Below are positions 26,656 to 36,297 of a DNA stretch of 64,000 nt, piece after piece. The stretch's first letter is position 1; each line of letters begins with the position of its first letter. Made by a program: the position numbers and the translations under genes. Below the pieces are notes generated by a model that saw nothing but the letters and a program-made list of their open reading frames with translations, was not told the origin of the DNA and did no database searches. The stretch lies in assembly GCF_988243305.1 (NCBI RefSeq), contig NZ_OZ547136.1; one strand, written 5' to 3'.

Positions 26656-27564
26656 ATGCCGATTATCGACCTGAACCAGCTACCCGCACCGGATGTGGTC
26701 GAGGAGCTGGACTTTGAAACCATTCTCGCCGAACGCAAGGCGACACTGATTTCCCTTTACCCGGAAGACCAGCAGGAGGCGGTCGCCCGTACCCTGACGC
26801 TGGAATCCGAGCCTCTCGTCAAACTGCTGGAGGAAAATGCTTATCGTGAGCTTATCTGGCGTCAGCGTGTGAATGAGGCCGCACGGGCGGTGATGCTGGC
26901 CTGTGCAGCCGGTAATGACCTTGATGTGATTGGTGCCAATTACAACACCACGCGCCTGATTATCACCCCGGCAGATGATTCGACCATCCCGCCGACACCG
27001 GCAGTGATGGAGTCTGACACCGATTATCGTCTGCGTATTCAGCAGGCGTTTGAGGGCTTAAGCGTCGCCGGGTCGGTGGGAGCCTATCAGTATCATGGTC
27101 GCAGTGCTGACGGGCGTGTCGCGGATATCTCTGTCACCAGTCCGTCTCCGGCCTGCGTCACTATCTCCGTGCTGTCACGTGAAAATAACGGCGTCGCATC
27201 CGAAGACCTGCTGGCCGTGGTGCGTAACGCCCTTAATGGCGAGGACGTCAGGCCGGTAGCCGACCGCGTGACCGTGCAGTCTGCCGCCATTGTCGAATAT
27301 CAGATAAACGCCACGCTTTACCTTTACCCAGGTCCCGAAAGCGAACCCATCCGCGCTGCTGCCGTGAAAAAACTGGAAGCGTACATCACGGCACAGCACC
27401 GGCTTGGGCGCGACATCCGTCTGTCTGCCATTTATGCCGCTTTGCATGTGGAAGGCGTGCAGCGTGTCGAACTGACTGCACCTCTGGCTGACATTGTGCT
27501 CAACAGTACGCAGGCGTCTTTCTGCACCGAATACAGCGTCGTGACCGGAGGCTCGGATGAGTGA
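26656..27564 (+). CDS. J: baseplate wedge protein J
   Basis: 302-aa track ORF at the P2 gpJ position and length. Confidence 0.9.
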   Translation: MPIIDLNQLPAPDVVEELDFETILAERKATLISLYPEDQQEAVARTLTLESEPLVKLLEENAYRELIWRQRVNEAARAVMLACAAGNDLDVIGANYNTTRLIITPADDSTIPPTPAVMESDTDYRLRIQQAFEGLSVAGSVGAYQYHGRSADGRVADISVTSPSPACVTISVLSRENNGVASEDLLAVVRNALNGEDVRPVADRVTVQSAAIVEYQINATLYLYPGPESEPIRAAAVKKLEAYITAQHRLGRDIRLSAIYAALHVEGVQRVELTAPLADIVLNSTQASFCTEYSVVTGGSDE

Positions 27565-28168
27565 TTCGCGCCTGCTGCCGACTGGCTCATCACCGCTTGA
27601 AGTCGCCGCCGCAAAAGCCTGTGCAGAAATTGAAAAAACGCCGGTCAGTATTCGTGAGCTGTGGAACCCGGATACCTGTCCGGCAAATCTGCTGCCGTGG
27701 CTGGCGTGGTCATTTTCGGTTGACCGCTGGGATGATAAGTGGCCGGAAGCGACAAAACGCGCTGTTATCCGCGATGCGTATTTCATTCACTGCCATAAGG
27801 GCACTATAGGCGCAATCCGTCGTGTGGTGGAGCCGCTCGGCTATCTGATTGAGGTGAGGGAGTGGTGGCAACTCAATGAGGAGCCGGGGACGTTCCGCAT
27901 CGTTGTTGGCGTGCTTGAGCAGGGTATTACCGAGGAAATGTATCAGGAGCTGGAGCGCCTCGTTGCTGATGCAAAACCTGCAAGCCGCCATCTGACGGGA
28001 CTGGCTATCAGTTTAAGTACAACCGGCAACATTTTTGCCGGTGCAGGATGCTATCACGGTGACGCCCTGACGGTTTATCCCTACACCCCGGAGGCCATTA
28101 TTGTCGGAGGGGATTATTTCCCGGCCTCGGCCATTCATTTAATTGATAACCTGAGAGTAAACGCATGA
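27557..28168 (+). CDS. I: baseplate/tail-fibre attachment protein I
   Basis: 203-aa track ORF at the P2 gpI position. It is longer than my recollection of P2 gpI (176 aa). Confidence 0.85.
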   Translation: MSDSRLLPTGSSPLEVAAAKACAEIEKTPVSIRELWNPDTCPANLLPWLAWSFSVDRWDDKWPEATKRAVIRDAYFIHCHKGTIGAIRRVVEPLGYLIEVREWWQLNEEPGTFRIVVGVLEQGITEEMYQELERLVADAKPASRHLTGLAISLSTTGNIFAGAGCYHGDALTVYPYTPEAIIVGGDYFPASAIHLIDNLRVNA

Positions 28169-29529
28169 CAGTGAAATACTACGCCATTCTGACTATTCAG
28201 GGCGCAGCACGGCTGGCTAACGCGACGATGCTCGGCAGTAAGCTGAATCTGACGCAAATGGCCGTTGGTGATGCGAATGGTGTCTTGCCGACACCAGACC
28301 CGGCACAGACAAAACTGATTAACCAGAAACGCATTGCACCGCTGAATCTTCTTAGTGTTGACCCGAACAACCAGAGCCAGATTATTGCGGAGCAAATCAT
28401 CCCTGAGAGCGAGGGCGGATTCTGGATCCGTGAGATTGGGCTTTATGATGATGAAGGCGTACTCATTGCGGTGGCGAACTGCCCGGAAACGTACAAACCG
28501 CAGTTGCAGGAAGGCAGCGGTCGTACCCAGACTATCCGCATGATTCTGGTTGTCACGAATACCGAAGCCATCACGCTGAAAATCGACCCGTCGGTGGTAC
28601 TGGCGACCCGTAAATACGTGGATGATGAAGTCCTGGAATTAAAGCTGTATGTGGATGACCAGATGAGAAACCACATTGCCGCACAGGATCCTCATACCCA
28701 GTATGCGCAGAAACATAATCCGACATTTACCGGAGAACCAAAAGCGCCGACGCCTGCCGCAGGAAATAACACCACGCGGATTGCGACCACTGAGTTTGTT
28801 CAGGCCGCTATTACCGCTCTGATTAACGGTGCGCCAGCCACACTGGACACACTGAAAGAAATTGCCGCGGCCATTAACAATGACCCGAAATTCAGCACCA
28901 CCATTAACAATGCGCTGTCAGGTAAGCAGCCACTGGATGAGACGCTGACTCATTTGAGTGGAAAGGATGTAGCTGGTCTTCTCGCATACCTTGGTTTGGG
29001 AGAAGGTTCGGCATTACCCGTTGGCGTGCCTGTTCCGTGGCCTTCCGCCACTCCGCCAACAGGCTGGCTGAAATGCAACGGTGCCGCTTTTTCTGCTGAA
29101 GAATACCCGGAACTGGCAAAGGCTTATCCGACAAATAAATTGCCTGATTTACGTGGTGAGTTTATTCGTGGCTGGGATGACGGGCGTGGTGTGGATGCGG
29201 GACGTGCCTTGCTAAGTCTTCAGGATGACTCTTTTGAAGCGCACAGGCATGAGTCCTTTTTTTACGCGGGTATTTCTCGCAATGAAATACCATTAAAAAA
29301 TCTTCCAAGTTCAGACGAGATGCTGACTTTAAGTTCTACAACTAATGCCTTGTCCCCGGACGGTATTGATGCCACTAATTCGTTAATTGGTAATGATGAT
29401 TACAACTGTCTGATTGAAGGAAATAAAAATAACAAACGAACAGCGACGGGGTTGAGTACCAGTATTGTCGGTGCAGCAGAGACACGCCCACGTAATATTT
29501 CATTTAATTACATTGTGAGGGCTGCATGA
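28165..29529 (+). CDS. H: tail fibre protein H: constant N-terminus fused to the currently expressed variable C-terminus (tail-collar type)
   Basis: 454-aa track ORF. The N-terminus resembles the P2/Mu fibre shaft. After LAYLGLGE, the C-terminus (PVGVPVPWPSATPPTGWLKCNGAAFSAEEYPELAKAY...LPDLRGEFIRGWDDGRG) is a phage tail-collar fibre domain, as in Mu S/P1 S. Confidence 0.9.
   Translation: MTVKYYAILTIQGAARLANATMLGSKLNLTQMAVGDANGVLPTPDPAQTKLINQKRIAPLNLLSVDPNNQSQIIAEQIIPESEGGFWIREIGLYDDEGVLIAVANCPETYKPQLQEGSGRTQTIRMILVVTNTEAITLKIDPSVVLATRKYVDDEVLELKLYVDDQMRNHIAAQDPHTQYAQKHNPTFTGEPKAPTPAAGNNTTRIATTEFVQAAITALINGAPATLDTLKEIAAAINNDPKFSTTINNALSGKQPLDETLTHLSGKDVAGLLAYLGLGEGSALPVGVPVPWPSATPPTGWLKCNGAAFSAEEYPELAKAYPTNKLPDLRGEFIRGWDDGRGVDAGRALLSLQDDSFEAHRHESFFYAGISRNEIPLKNLPSSDEMLTLSSTTNALSPDGIDATNSLIGNDDYNCLIEGNKNNKRTATGLSTSIVGAAETRPRNISFNYIVRAA
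28979..29004 (+). promoter_or_regulatory. 26-bp invertase crossover site (cix/gix/pix-like), left
   Basis: TTCTCGCATACC-TT-GGTTTGGGAGAA: two 12-bp imperfect inverted half-sites around a central TT. Lies inside H at the constant/variable junction. 15 bp (TTGGTTTGGGAGAAG) is repeated in inverted orientation at 30902..30916. Confidence 0.8.
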
Positions 29530-30131
29530 TGTATAACGCCATCTTGAATAGTAAACTTATTGCCACAAAGGCAGGAGAGATTACCGTTTATAACTATGAC
29601 AGTGAGACACGGGAGTATATTTCTGCATCAACTGAATATCTTGCTGTGGGTGTCGGTATCCCTGCATATTCCTGTTTAGATGCTCCTGGCACACATAAGG
29701 CTGGTTATGCAATCTGCCGTTCGGCAGATTTAAACTCATGGGAATATGTGCCAGACCATCGCGGTGAAATCATCTATAGCACCGAAACAGGAGAATCGAA
29801 AGAAATCACAGCTCCGGGTGATTATCCTGAAAATACAACCACTATCGCCCCGTTAACGCCATACGATGAATGGGATGGTGAGAAATGGGTAACAGATACT
29901 GTGGCACAGCATAGCGCCGCAGTAGGCGCGGCAGAAGCACAGCGCCAGTCACTGATTGATGCAGCAATGGCTTCCATTAGTCTGATTCAGCTGAAATTAC
30001 AGGCCGGACGGAAGTTGACGCAGGCAGAAACAACCAGCCTTAACGCTGTGCTGGATTACATTGACGCGGTGACGGCAACTGATACCAGCACCGCGCCTGA
30101 TGTCATCTGGCCTGAACTGCCGGAGGCGTAG
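29526..30131 (+). CDS. G: tail fibre assembly chaperone (G/Tfa/U-like), partner of the expressed H variant
   Basis: 201-aa track ORF overlapping the H stop. Its C-terminal ...LDYIDAVTATDTSTAPDVIWPELPE resembles the Tfa/Mu U family ending. Confidence 0.85.
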   Translation: MMYNAILNSKLIATKAGEITVYNYDSETREYISASTEYLAVGVGIPAYSCLDAPGTHKAGYAICRSADLNSWEYVPDHRGEIIYSTETGESKEITAPGDYPENTTTIAPLTPYDEWDGEKWVTDTVAQHSAAVGAAEAQRQSLIDAAMASISLIQLKLQAGRKLTQAETTSLNAVLDYIDAVTATDTSTAPDVIWPELPEA

Positions 30132-30543
30132 GCCATTCAATATCTGGCGCACCGGAAGTATCGACCAGCTCCAGTGCGTCCAGATAATCCAGCCACAAAT
30201 TATATTGCGCCAGTTCCTCACCTTTCAGACGACCAATAGCCGCTTTACCAGGCCATTGTTTACTGTTCATGTATTCGTTGGCCTGGTTAATCAATTGCTG
30301 TTTTTCCAGTTCGGCTGCAGCAATCTGTTCCTCATGTGTTGGTGGTGGAATTTCAGACCATGCAGGAAAACCATTTTCTCCAGCGATGCGGATTTTCCCT
30401 TCCGGCGGTAATCCGGAAAACTCAATATACACCTGCTCGTCAACTTCAACAGCATCATCTGGCCATGATTCAGCTTGAGTGTAATCCTCTTTCATCTCCA
30501 GCGGATAGAAAGAGTTTGTAGTCGCGGAATATATATAATTCAT
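30103..30543 (-). CDS. alternative tail fibre assembly chaperone (G'/U'-like), silent in this orientation
   Basis: 146-aa track ORF on the opposite strand inside the invertible segment. It ends ...LDYLDALELVDTSGAPDIEWPTPP, the same family ending as G. Its 3' end overlaps the G 3' end by 29 bp. Confidence 0.82.
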   Translation of the reverse strand: MNYIYSATTNSFYPLEMKEDYTQAESWPDDAVEVDEQVYIEFSGLPPEGKIRIAGENGFPAWSEIPPPTHEEQIAAAELEKQQLINQANEYMNSKQWPGKAAIGRLKGEELAQYNLWLDYLDALELVDTSGAPDIEWPTPPAVQAR

Positions 30544-30564
30544 TTCTCATTCCATATAGCTAAA

Positions 30565-30915
30565 TTAACAGCCTAACGCTAAAAATGAAGCGCCGAGACC
30601 TGGAGTACTGGCTCTGGATATAAATTTAACCGGGTCGGGACTAAAACCTGCACAGGCAATATAACCAACAGCCCCGCTATCTGGTGTGTAGTCTTGTGAG
30701 ACCAAAACACGCAGACATCTGTTTGGAAATGCAATCGGGAAATGGGTTACTACATCCTGTGCAATGCCTGGTGCGCCGATTGAGCCCCACTGAAGAATAA
30801 AACCTGATGGTAATTTTTGATATCCAGTACCTGAAACAGAAAGCGTGAAGCTACCCATATCAGGTATCTGATTCGCCCCTGTCCCTACATTCCTTTTAGC
30901 CGCTTCTCCCAAACC
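30565..30915 (-). CDS. alternative tail fibre C-terminal cassette (Hv'), start-less; fused in frame to H after inversion
   Basis: This is part of the track ORF 30565..30957. The GGT TTG GGA GAA codons at the crossover are in the same frame as in H, so inversion gives ...[26 protein letters not shown]...[13 protein letters not shown].... The portion 30916..30957 lies outside the segment and is not a real N-terminus. Confidence 0.8.
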   Translation of the reverse strand, partial: GLGEAAKRNVGTGANQIPDMGSFTLSVSGTGYQKLPSGFILQWGSIGAPGIAQDVVTHFPIAFPNRCLRVLVSQDYTPDSGAVGYIACAGFSPDPVKFISRASTPGLGASFLALGC

Positions 30916-30929
30916 AACGTTTATGAAAA
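30904..30929 (-). promoter_or_regulatory. 26-bp invertase crossover site, right (inverted relative to 28979..29004)
   Basis: The plus strand reads TTCTCCCAAACC-AA-CGTTTATGAAAA. The reverse complement shares the core and one full half-site with the left site. Confidence 0.8.
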
Positions 30930-30984
30930 TGCAGAGATAACGGGCAACTGGCATCATCTCCGGTTTTTATTCAGGGGGATGCTC

Positions 30985-31578
30985 ATGCTTATTGGCTATG
31001 TACGCGTGTCAACAAATGACCAGAACACGGAATTGCAGCGTAACGCGCTGGAGTGCGCAGGATGCGAGCGGATTTTTGAGGATAAAATCAGCGGCACGAA
31101 GTCCGACCGACCGGGACTGAAAAAACTGCTCAGAACATTATCATCAGGTGACACTCTGGTAGTCTGGAAGCTGGACCGGCTGGGGCGTAGTATGCGGCAT
31201 CTGGTCATTCTGGTTGAGGAGCTGCGCGAACGCGGCGTTAATTTTCGCAGCCTGACAGATGCTATTGATACCAGCACGCCGATGGGGCGTTTTTTCTTTC
31301 ATGTGATGGGTGCCCTGGCTGAAATGGAACGAGAACTCATTGTCGAGCGGACTCGCGCCGGACTGGAAGCGGCCAGAGCTAAAGGTCGTATTGGTGGCAG
31401 ACGTCCGAAGCTCACCGCGAGTGAGTGGGAACAGGCAGGACGGTTGCTGGTTGCGGGTGAATCACGTCAACGCGTGGCGCTGATTTTTGATATTGGCCTG
31501 TCCACGCTCTATAAAAAATTCCCCTCATCAGCGGCAAAGAATAAATTGTGTCATCCCTTAGCCAACCGGGACAAATAG
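30985..31578 (+). CDS. serine DNA invertase (Pin/Gin/Cin/Hin family)
   Basis: Track ORF 30979..31578. ATG 30985 has GGGGG 6 nt upstream and gives MLIGYVRVSTNDQNT (catalytic Ser motif). The rest is collinear with Pin/Gin by recollection (DRLGRS, GRFFFHVMGALAEMERE, C-terminal HTH ...STLYKK). Confidence 0.92.
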   Translation: MLIGYVRVSTNDQNTELQRNALECAGCERIFEDKISGTKSDRPGLKKLLRTLSSGDTLVVWKLDRLGRSMRHLVILVEELRERGVNFRSLTDAIDTSTPMGRFFFHVMGALAEMERELIVERTRAGLEAARAKGRIGGRRPKLTASEWEQAGRLLVAGESRQRVALIFDIGLSTLYKKFPSSAAKNKLCHPLANRDK

Positions 31579-31637
31579 CCTGACATCTCCGGCACAACTG
31601 AAAATATCACTCACCCATTAACCACGGAGTTAAACGG

Positions 31638-32828
31638 ATGAGTGACTATCATCACGGCGTGCAGGTGCTGGAGATTAACGACGGCACCCGTGTCATTTCC
31701 ACCGTATCCACTGCCATTGTTGGCATGGTCTGCACGGCCAGCGATGCGGATGCGGAAACCTTCCCCCTCAATAAACCGGTGCTGATTACCAATGTGCAGA
31801 GTGCAATTGCAAAGGCCGGTAAAAAAGGCACGCTGGCGGCATCGTTGCAGGCTATCGCCGACCAGTCAAAACCGGTCACCGTTGTCGTGCGTGTGGAAGA
31901 CGGCACCGGCGACGACGAGGAAACAAAACTCGCGCAGACCGTTTCCAATATCATCGGCACCACCGACGAAAACGGTCAGTACACCGGACTGAAAGCCCTG
32001 CTGGCGGCGGAGTCTGTTACCGGTGTTAAACCGCGTATTCTCGGCGTGCCGGGACTGGACACCAAAGAGGTGGCTGTTGCACTGGCATCAGTCTGTCAGA
32101 AGCTGCGCGCTTTCGGGTATATCAGCGCATGGGGCTGTAAAACCATTTCCGAGGTGAAAGCCTACCGCCAGAATTTCAGCCAGCGTGAGCTGATGGTCAT
32201 CTGGCCGGATTTCCTCGCATGGGATACGGTCACCAGTACAACCGCCACCGCGTATGCCACCGCCCGTGCGCTGGGTCTGCGCGCTAAAATCGACCAGGAG
32301 CAGGGCTGGCATAAAACGCTGTCCAACGTCGGGGTAAACGGTGTTACCGGCATCAGCGCCTCTGTATTCTGGGATTTGCAGGAGTCCGGCACCGATGCTG
32401 ACCTGCTTAACGAGTCAGGCGTCACTACGCTGATTCGCCGCGACGGTTTCCGATTCTGGGGTAACCGTACCTGCTCTGATGACCCGCTGTTCCTCTTTGA
32501 AAACTACACCCGCACCGCGCAGGTGCTGGCCGACACGATGGCTGAGGCGCACATGTGGGCGGTGGACAAGCCCATCACCGCAACGCTGATTCGCGACATC
32601 GTTGACGGCATCAATGCCAAATTCCGTGAGCTGAAAACAAACGGCTATATCGTGGATGCGACCTGCTGGTTCAGCGAAGAATCCAACGATGCGGAAACCC
32701 TCAAGGCCGGAAAACTGTATATCGACTACGACTATACTCCGGTGCCTCCTCTCGAAAACCTGACCCTGCGCCAGCGTATTACCGATAAATACCTGGCAAA
32801 TCTGGTCACCTCGGTTAACAGCAATTAA
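31638..32828 (+). CDS. FI: contractile tail sheath protein
   Basis: 396-aa track ORF at the P2 gpFI position and length. Confidence 0.93.
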   Translation: MSDYHHGVQVLEINDGTRVISTVSTAIVGMVCTASDADAETFPLNKPVLITNVQSAIAKAGKKGTLAASLQAIADQSKPVTVVVRVEDGTGDDEETKLAQTVSNIIGTTDENGQYTGLKALLAAESVTGVKPRILGVPGLDTKEVAVALASVCQKLRAFGYISAWGCKTISEVKAYRQNFSQRELMVIWPDFLAWDTVTSTTATAYATARALGLRAKIDQEQGWHKTLSNVGVNGVTGISASVFWDLQESGTDADLLNESGVTTLIRRDGFRFWGNRTCSDDPLFLFENYTRTAQVLADTMAEAHMWAVDKPITATLIRDIVDGINAKFRELKTNGYIVDATCWFSEESNDAETLKAGKLYIDYDYTPVPPLENLTLRQRITDKYLANLVTSVNSN

Positions 32829-32840
32829 GGAGCCTGACCG

Positions 32841-33359
32841 ATGGCAATGCCGCGCAAACTCAAGTTAATGAACGTCTTTCTGAACGGCTACAGCTATCAG
32901 GGCGTTGCAAAGTCCGTCACGCTGCCAAAACTGACCCGTAAGCTCGAAAACTATCGCGGTGCGGGGATGAACGGCAGCGCACCGGTAGACCTCGGCCTTG
33001 ATGACGATGCGCTGTCAATGGAGTGGTCGCTCGGGGGCTTCCCGGATTCGGTTATCTGGGAGCTTTACGCCGCAACCGGCGTGGATGCCGTGCCGATTCG
33101 TTTTGCAGGCTCTTACCAGCGCGACGATACCGGCGAAACTGTGGCCGTCGAAGTGGTCATGCGTGGACGTCAAAAAGAAATTGACACCGGCGAGGGTAAA
33201 CAGGGAGAAGACACCGAGTCGAAAATCTCCGTGGTCTGCACCTATTTCCGGCTGACGATGGACGGTAAGGAGCTGGTCGAAATCGACACCATCAACATGA
33301 TTGAGAAGGTGAACGGCGTCGACCGGCTGGAGCAACACCGCCGCAATATCGGCCTGTGA
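32841..33359 (+). CDS. FII: tail tube protein
   Basis: 172-aa track ORF at the P2 gpFII position and length. Confidence 0.93.
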   Translation: MAMPRKLKLMNVFLNGYSYQGVAKSVTLPKLTRKLENYRGAGMNGSAPVDLGLDDDALSMEWSLGGFPDSVIWELYAATGVDAVPIRFAGSYQRDDTGETVAVEVVMRGRQKEIDTGEGKQGEDTESKISVVCTYFRLTMDGKELVEIDTINMIEKVNGVDRLEQHRRNIGL

Positions 33360-33415
33360 TTTTCATCCGGTCAGCCTGGCTGACCGGTTAACCCCGATTC
33401 AGAAGTGAGAAAACC

Positions 33416-33691
33416 ATGAACAAAGAAAATGTGATTACCCTGGACAATCCGGTCAAGCGTGGTGAGCAGGTTATCGAACAGGTCACGCTGATGAAACCTA
33501 ATGCCGGGACGCTGCGCGGTGTCAGTCTGGCTGCGGTCGCAAACTCCGAAGTCGATGCACTGATTAAAGTGCTGCCGCGCATGACGGCACCGATGCTGAC
33601 CGAGCAGGAAGTCGCCGCGCTGGAACTGCCTGACCTTGTGGCGCTGGCCGGTAAGGTGGTCGGTTTTTTGTCGCCGAACTCGGTGCAGTGA
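33416..33691 (+). CDS. E: tail assembly chaperone E
   Basis: 91-aa track ORF at the P2 gpE position and length. Confidence 0.9.
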   Translation: MNKENVITLDNPVKRGEQVIEQVTLMKPNAGTLRGVSLAAVANSEVDALIKVLPRMTAPMLTEQEVAALELPDLVALAGKVVGFLSPNSVQ

Positions 33692-33843
33692 CGTTTCCGA
33701 AAAATCTGTCGGTCGATGACCTGATGGCGGATGTGGCAGTGATATTTCACTGGCCGCCATCAGAACTGTATCCCATGAGTCTGACCGAACTCATCACATG
33801 GCGCGAAAAGGCGCTCCGGCGAAGCGGAAACACGAATGAGTAA
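33416..33843 (+). CDS. E+E': tail assembly chaperone E+E' (-1 frameshift product)
   Basis: The slippery T_TTT_TTG lies at 33664-33670, in the E frame (GGT TTT TTG). The -1 frame is open from 33670 (VAELGAVTFPKNLSVDDLMADVAVIFHWPPSELYPMSLTELITWREKALRRSGNTNE) to TAA 33841-33843, overlapping the T start. Confidence 0.85.
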
Positions 33844-36283
33844 CAATGTAAAATTACAGGTATTGCTCAGGGCTGTTGACCAGGCATCCCGCCCGTTTAA
33901 ATCCATCCGTACAGCGAGCAAGTCGCTGTCGGGGGATATCCGGGAAACACAAAAATCACTGCGCGAGCTGAACGGTCACGCATCCCGTATTGAGGGATTT
34001 CGCAAGACCAGCGCACAGCTTGCCGTGACTGGTCATGCACTTGAAAAGGCACGGCAGGAAGCCGAAGCCCTTGCCACACAGTTTAAAAACACTGAACGTC
34101 CGACCCGTGCTCAGGCGAAAGTGCTGGAATCCGCAAAGCGTGCGGCGGAGGACTTACAGGCGAAATATAACCGCCTGACAGATTCCATTAAACGCCAGCA
34201 GCGGGAACTGGCCGCTGTGGGAATTAATACCCGCAATCTTGCACATGATGAGCAGGGACTGAAAAACCGTATCAGTGAAACCACCGCACAGCTTAACCGT
34301 CAGCGTGACGCGCTGGCGCGTGTCAGTGCACAACAGGCAAAACTTAACGCAGTAAAACAGCGTTATCAGGCCGGAAAGGAACTGGCCGGAAATATGGCCT
34401 CAGTGGGCGCTGCCGGTGTGGGGATTGCTGCTGCGGGAACGATGGCCGGAGTTAAGCTGCTGATGCCCGGTTATGAGTTTGCGCAGAAAAACTCAGAATT
34501 GCAGGCTGTGCTCGGTGTGGCAAAAGACTCCGCCGAAATGGCTGCACTACGCAAGCAGGCGCGCCAGCTCGGCGACAATACCGCAGCCTCGGCAGATGAT
34601 GCAGCCGGTGCGCAGATTATTATTGCGAAAGCCGGTGGGGATGTTGATGCCATTCAGGCGGCAACGCCGGTCACGCTGAATATGGCGCTGGCGAACCGTC
34701 GCACGATGGAAGAAAACGCCGCCCTGCTGATGGGGATGAAATCCGCCTTTCAGCTTTCAAACGATAAGGTCGCTCATATCGGGGATGTTCTCTCCATGAC
34801 GATGAACAAAACCGCCGCCGATTTTGACGGCATGAGCGATGCGCTGACCTATGCCGCACCTGTGGCAAAAAATGCCGGTGTCAGCATTGAAGAAACCGCC
34901 GCAATGGTCGGGGCGCTGCATGATGCAAAAATTACAGGCTCAATGGCGGGGACGGGAAGCCGTGCCGTGTTAAGTCGCCTGCAGGCACCAACGGGAAAAG
35001 CATGGGATGCACTCAAAGAGCTTGGTGTGAAAACCTCAGACAGTAAGGGAAACACCCGACCAGTATTTACCATTCTGAAAGAAATGCAGGCCAGTTTTGA
35101 GAAAAACCGGCTCGGTACTGCCCAGCAGGCTGAATACATGAAAACCATTTTCGGGGAGGAGGCCAGTTCAGCCGCCGCCGTGCTGATGACTGCCGCCTCA
35201 ACCGGAAAGCTGGACAAACTGACCGCTGCGTTTAAAGCCTCAGACGGAAAGACCGCAGAACTGGTAAATATCATGCAGGACAACCTCGGAGGTGACTTTA
35301 AGGAGTTTCAGTCCGCTTATGAGGCGGTGGGGACTGACCTGTTTGACCAGCAGGAAGGCGCACTGCGTAATCTCACGCAGACGGCCACAAAGTATGTGTT
35401 AAAACTCGACGGCTGGATCCAGAAAAACAAATCACTGGCGTCAACCATCGGCATCATTGTCGGTGGCGCGCTGGCGCTTATTGGCATCATCGGTGCCATT
35501 GGTCTTGTAGCCTGGCCGGTTATCACCGGCATCAATGCCATTATCGCGGCAGCAGGCGCAATGGGGGCAATCTTCACGACGGTTAGCAGTGCTGTTATGA
35601 CCGCCATCGGGGCGATTAGCTGGCCGGTTGTGGCCGTGGTGGCCGCCATTGTCGCCGGGGCGTTGCTTATCCGTAAATACTGGGAGCCTGTCAGCGCATT
35701 CTTTGGCGGTGTGGTTGAAGGGCTGAAAGCGGCATTTGCGCCGGTGGGGGAGCTGTTCACGCCACTGAAACCGGTGTTTGACTGGCTGGGCGAAAAGTTA
35801 CAGGCCGCGTGGCAGTGGTTTAAAAACCTGATTGCCCCCGTCAAAGCCACCCAGGACACCCTGAACCGTTGTCGTGACACGGGTGTCATGTTCGGGCAGG
35901 CACTGGCTGACGCGTTGATGCTGCCGCTTAATGCGTTCAACAAACTGCGCAGCGGTATTGACTGGGTACTGGAAAAACTCGGTGTTATCAACAAAGAGTC
36001 AGACACACTTGACCAGACCGCCGCCAGAACTCAAGCCGCCACGTATGGCAGCGGTGGTTATATTCCGGCGACCAGCTCTTATGCAGGCTATCAGGCTTAT
36101 CAGCCGGTCACGGCACCGGCTGGCCGCTCTTATGTGGACCAGAGTAAAAACGAATATCACATCAGCCTGACGGGTGGCACTGCGCCGGGGACACAGCTTG
36201 ACCGCCAGTTACAGGATGCGCTCGAAAAATACGAGCGGGATAAACGTGCGCGCGCCCGTGCCAGCATGATGCATGACGGTTAA
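33836..36283 (+). CDS. T: tail tape measure protein
   Basis: 815-aa track ORF, Ala/Gly-rich with hydrophobic segments, at the P2 gpT position and length. Confidence 0.93.
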   Translation: MSNNVKLQVLLRAVDQASRPFKSIRTASKSLSGDIRETQKSLRELNGHASRIEGFRKTSAQLAVTGHALEKARQEAEALATQFKNTERPTRAQAKVLESAKRAAEDLQAKYNRLTDSIKRQQRELAAVGINTRNLAHDEQGLKNRISETTAQLNRQRDALARVSAQQAKLNAVKQRYQAGKELAGNMASVGAAGVGIAAAGTMAGVKLLMPGYEFAQKNSELQAVLGVAKDSAEMAALRKQARQLGDNTAASADDAAGAQIIIAKAGGDVDAIQAATPVTLNMALANRRTMEENAALLMGMKSAFQLSNDKVAHIGDVLSMTMNKTAADFDGMSDALTYAAPVAKNAGVSIEETAAMVGALHDAKITGSMAGTGSRAVLSRLQAPTGKAWDALKELGVKTSDSKGNTRPVFTILKEMQASFEKNRLGTAQQAEYMKTIFGEEASSAAAVLMTAASTGKLDKLTAAFKASDGKTAELVNIMQDNLGGDFKEFQSAYEAVGTDLFDQQEGALRNLTQTATKYVLKLDGWIQKNKSLASTIGIIVGGALALIGIIGAIGLVAWPVITGINAIIAAAGAMGAIFTTVSSAVMTAIGAISWPVVAVVAAIVAGALLIRKYWEPVSAFFGGVVEGLKAAFAPVGELFTPLKPVFDWLGEKLQAAWQWFKNLIAPVKATQDTLNRCRDTGVMFGQALADALMLPLNAFNKLRSGIDWVLEKLGVINKESDTLDQTAARTQAATYGSGGYIPATSSYAGYQAYQPVTAPAGRSYVDQSKNEYHISLTGGTAPGTQLDRQLQDALEKYERDKRARARASMMHDG

Positions 36284-36297
36284 GGAGGTGACGAAAA

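Noticed and set aside
30916-30957. N-terminal 14 codons ([14 protein letters not shown]) of the 130-aa minus-strand ORF
   Set aside because: This part lies outside the invertible segment, between the crossover site and the invertase gene. It is an accidental upstream extension of the start-less Hv' cassette, not a real translation start.
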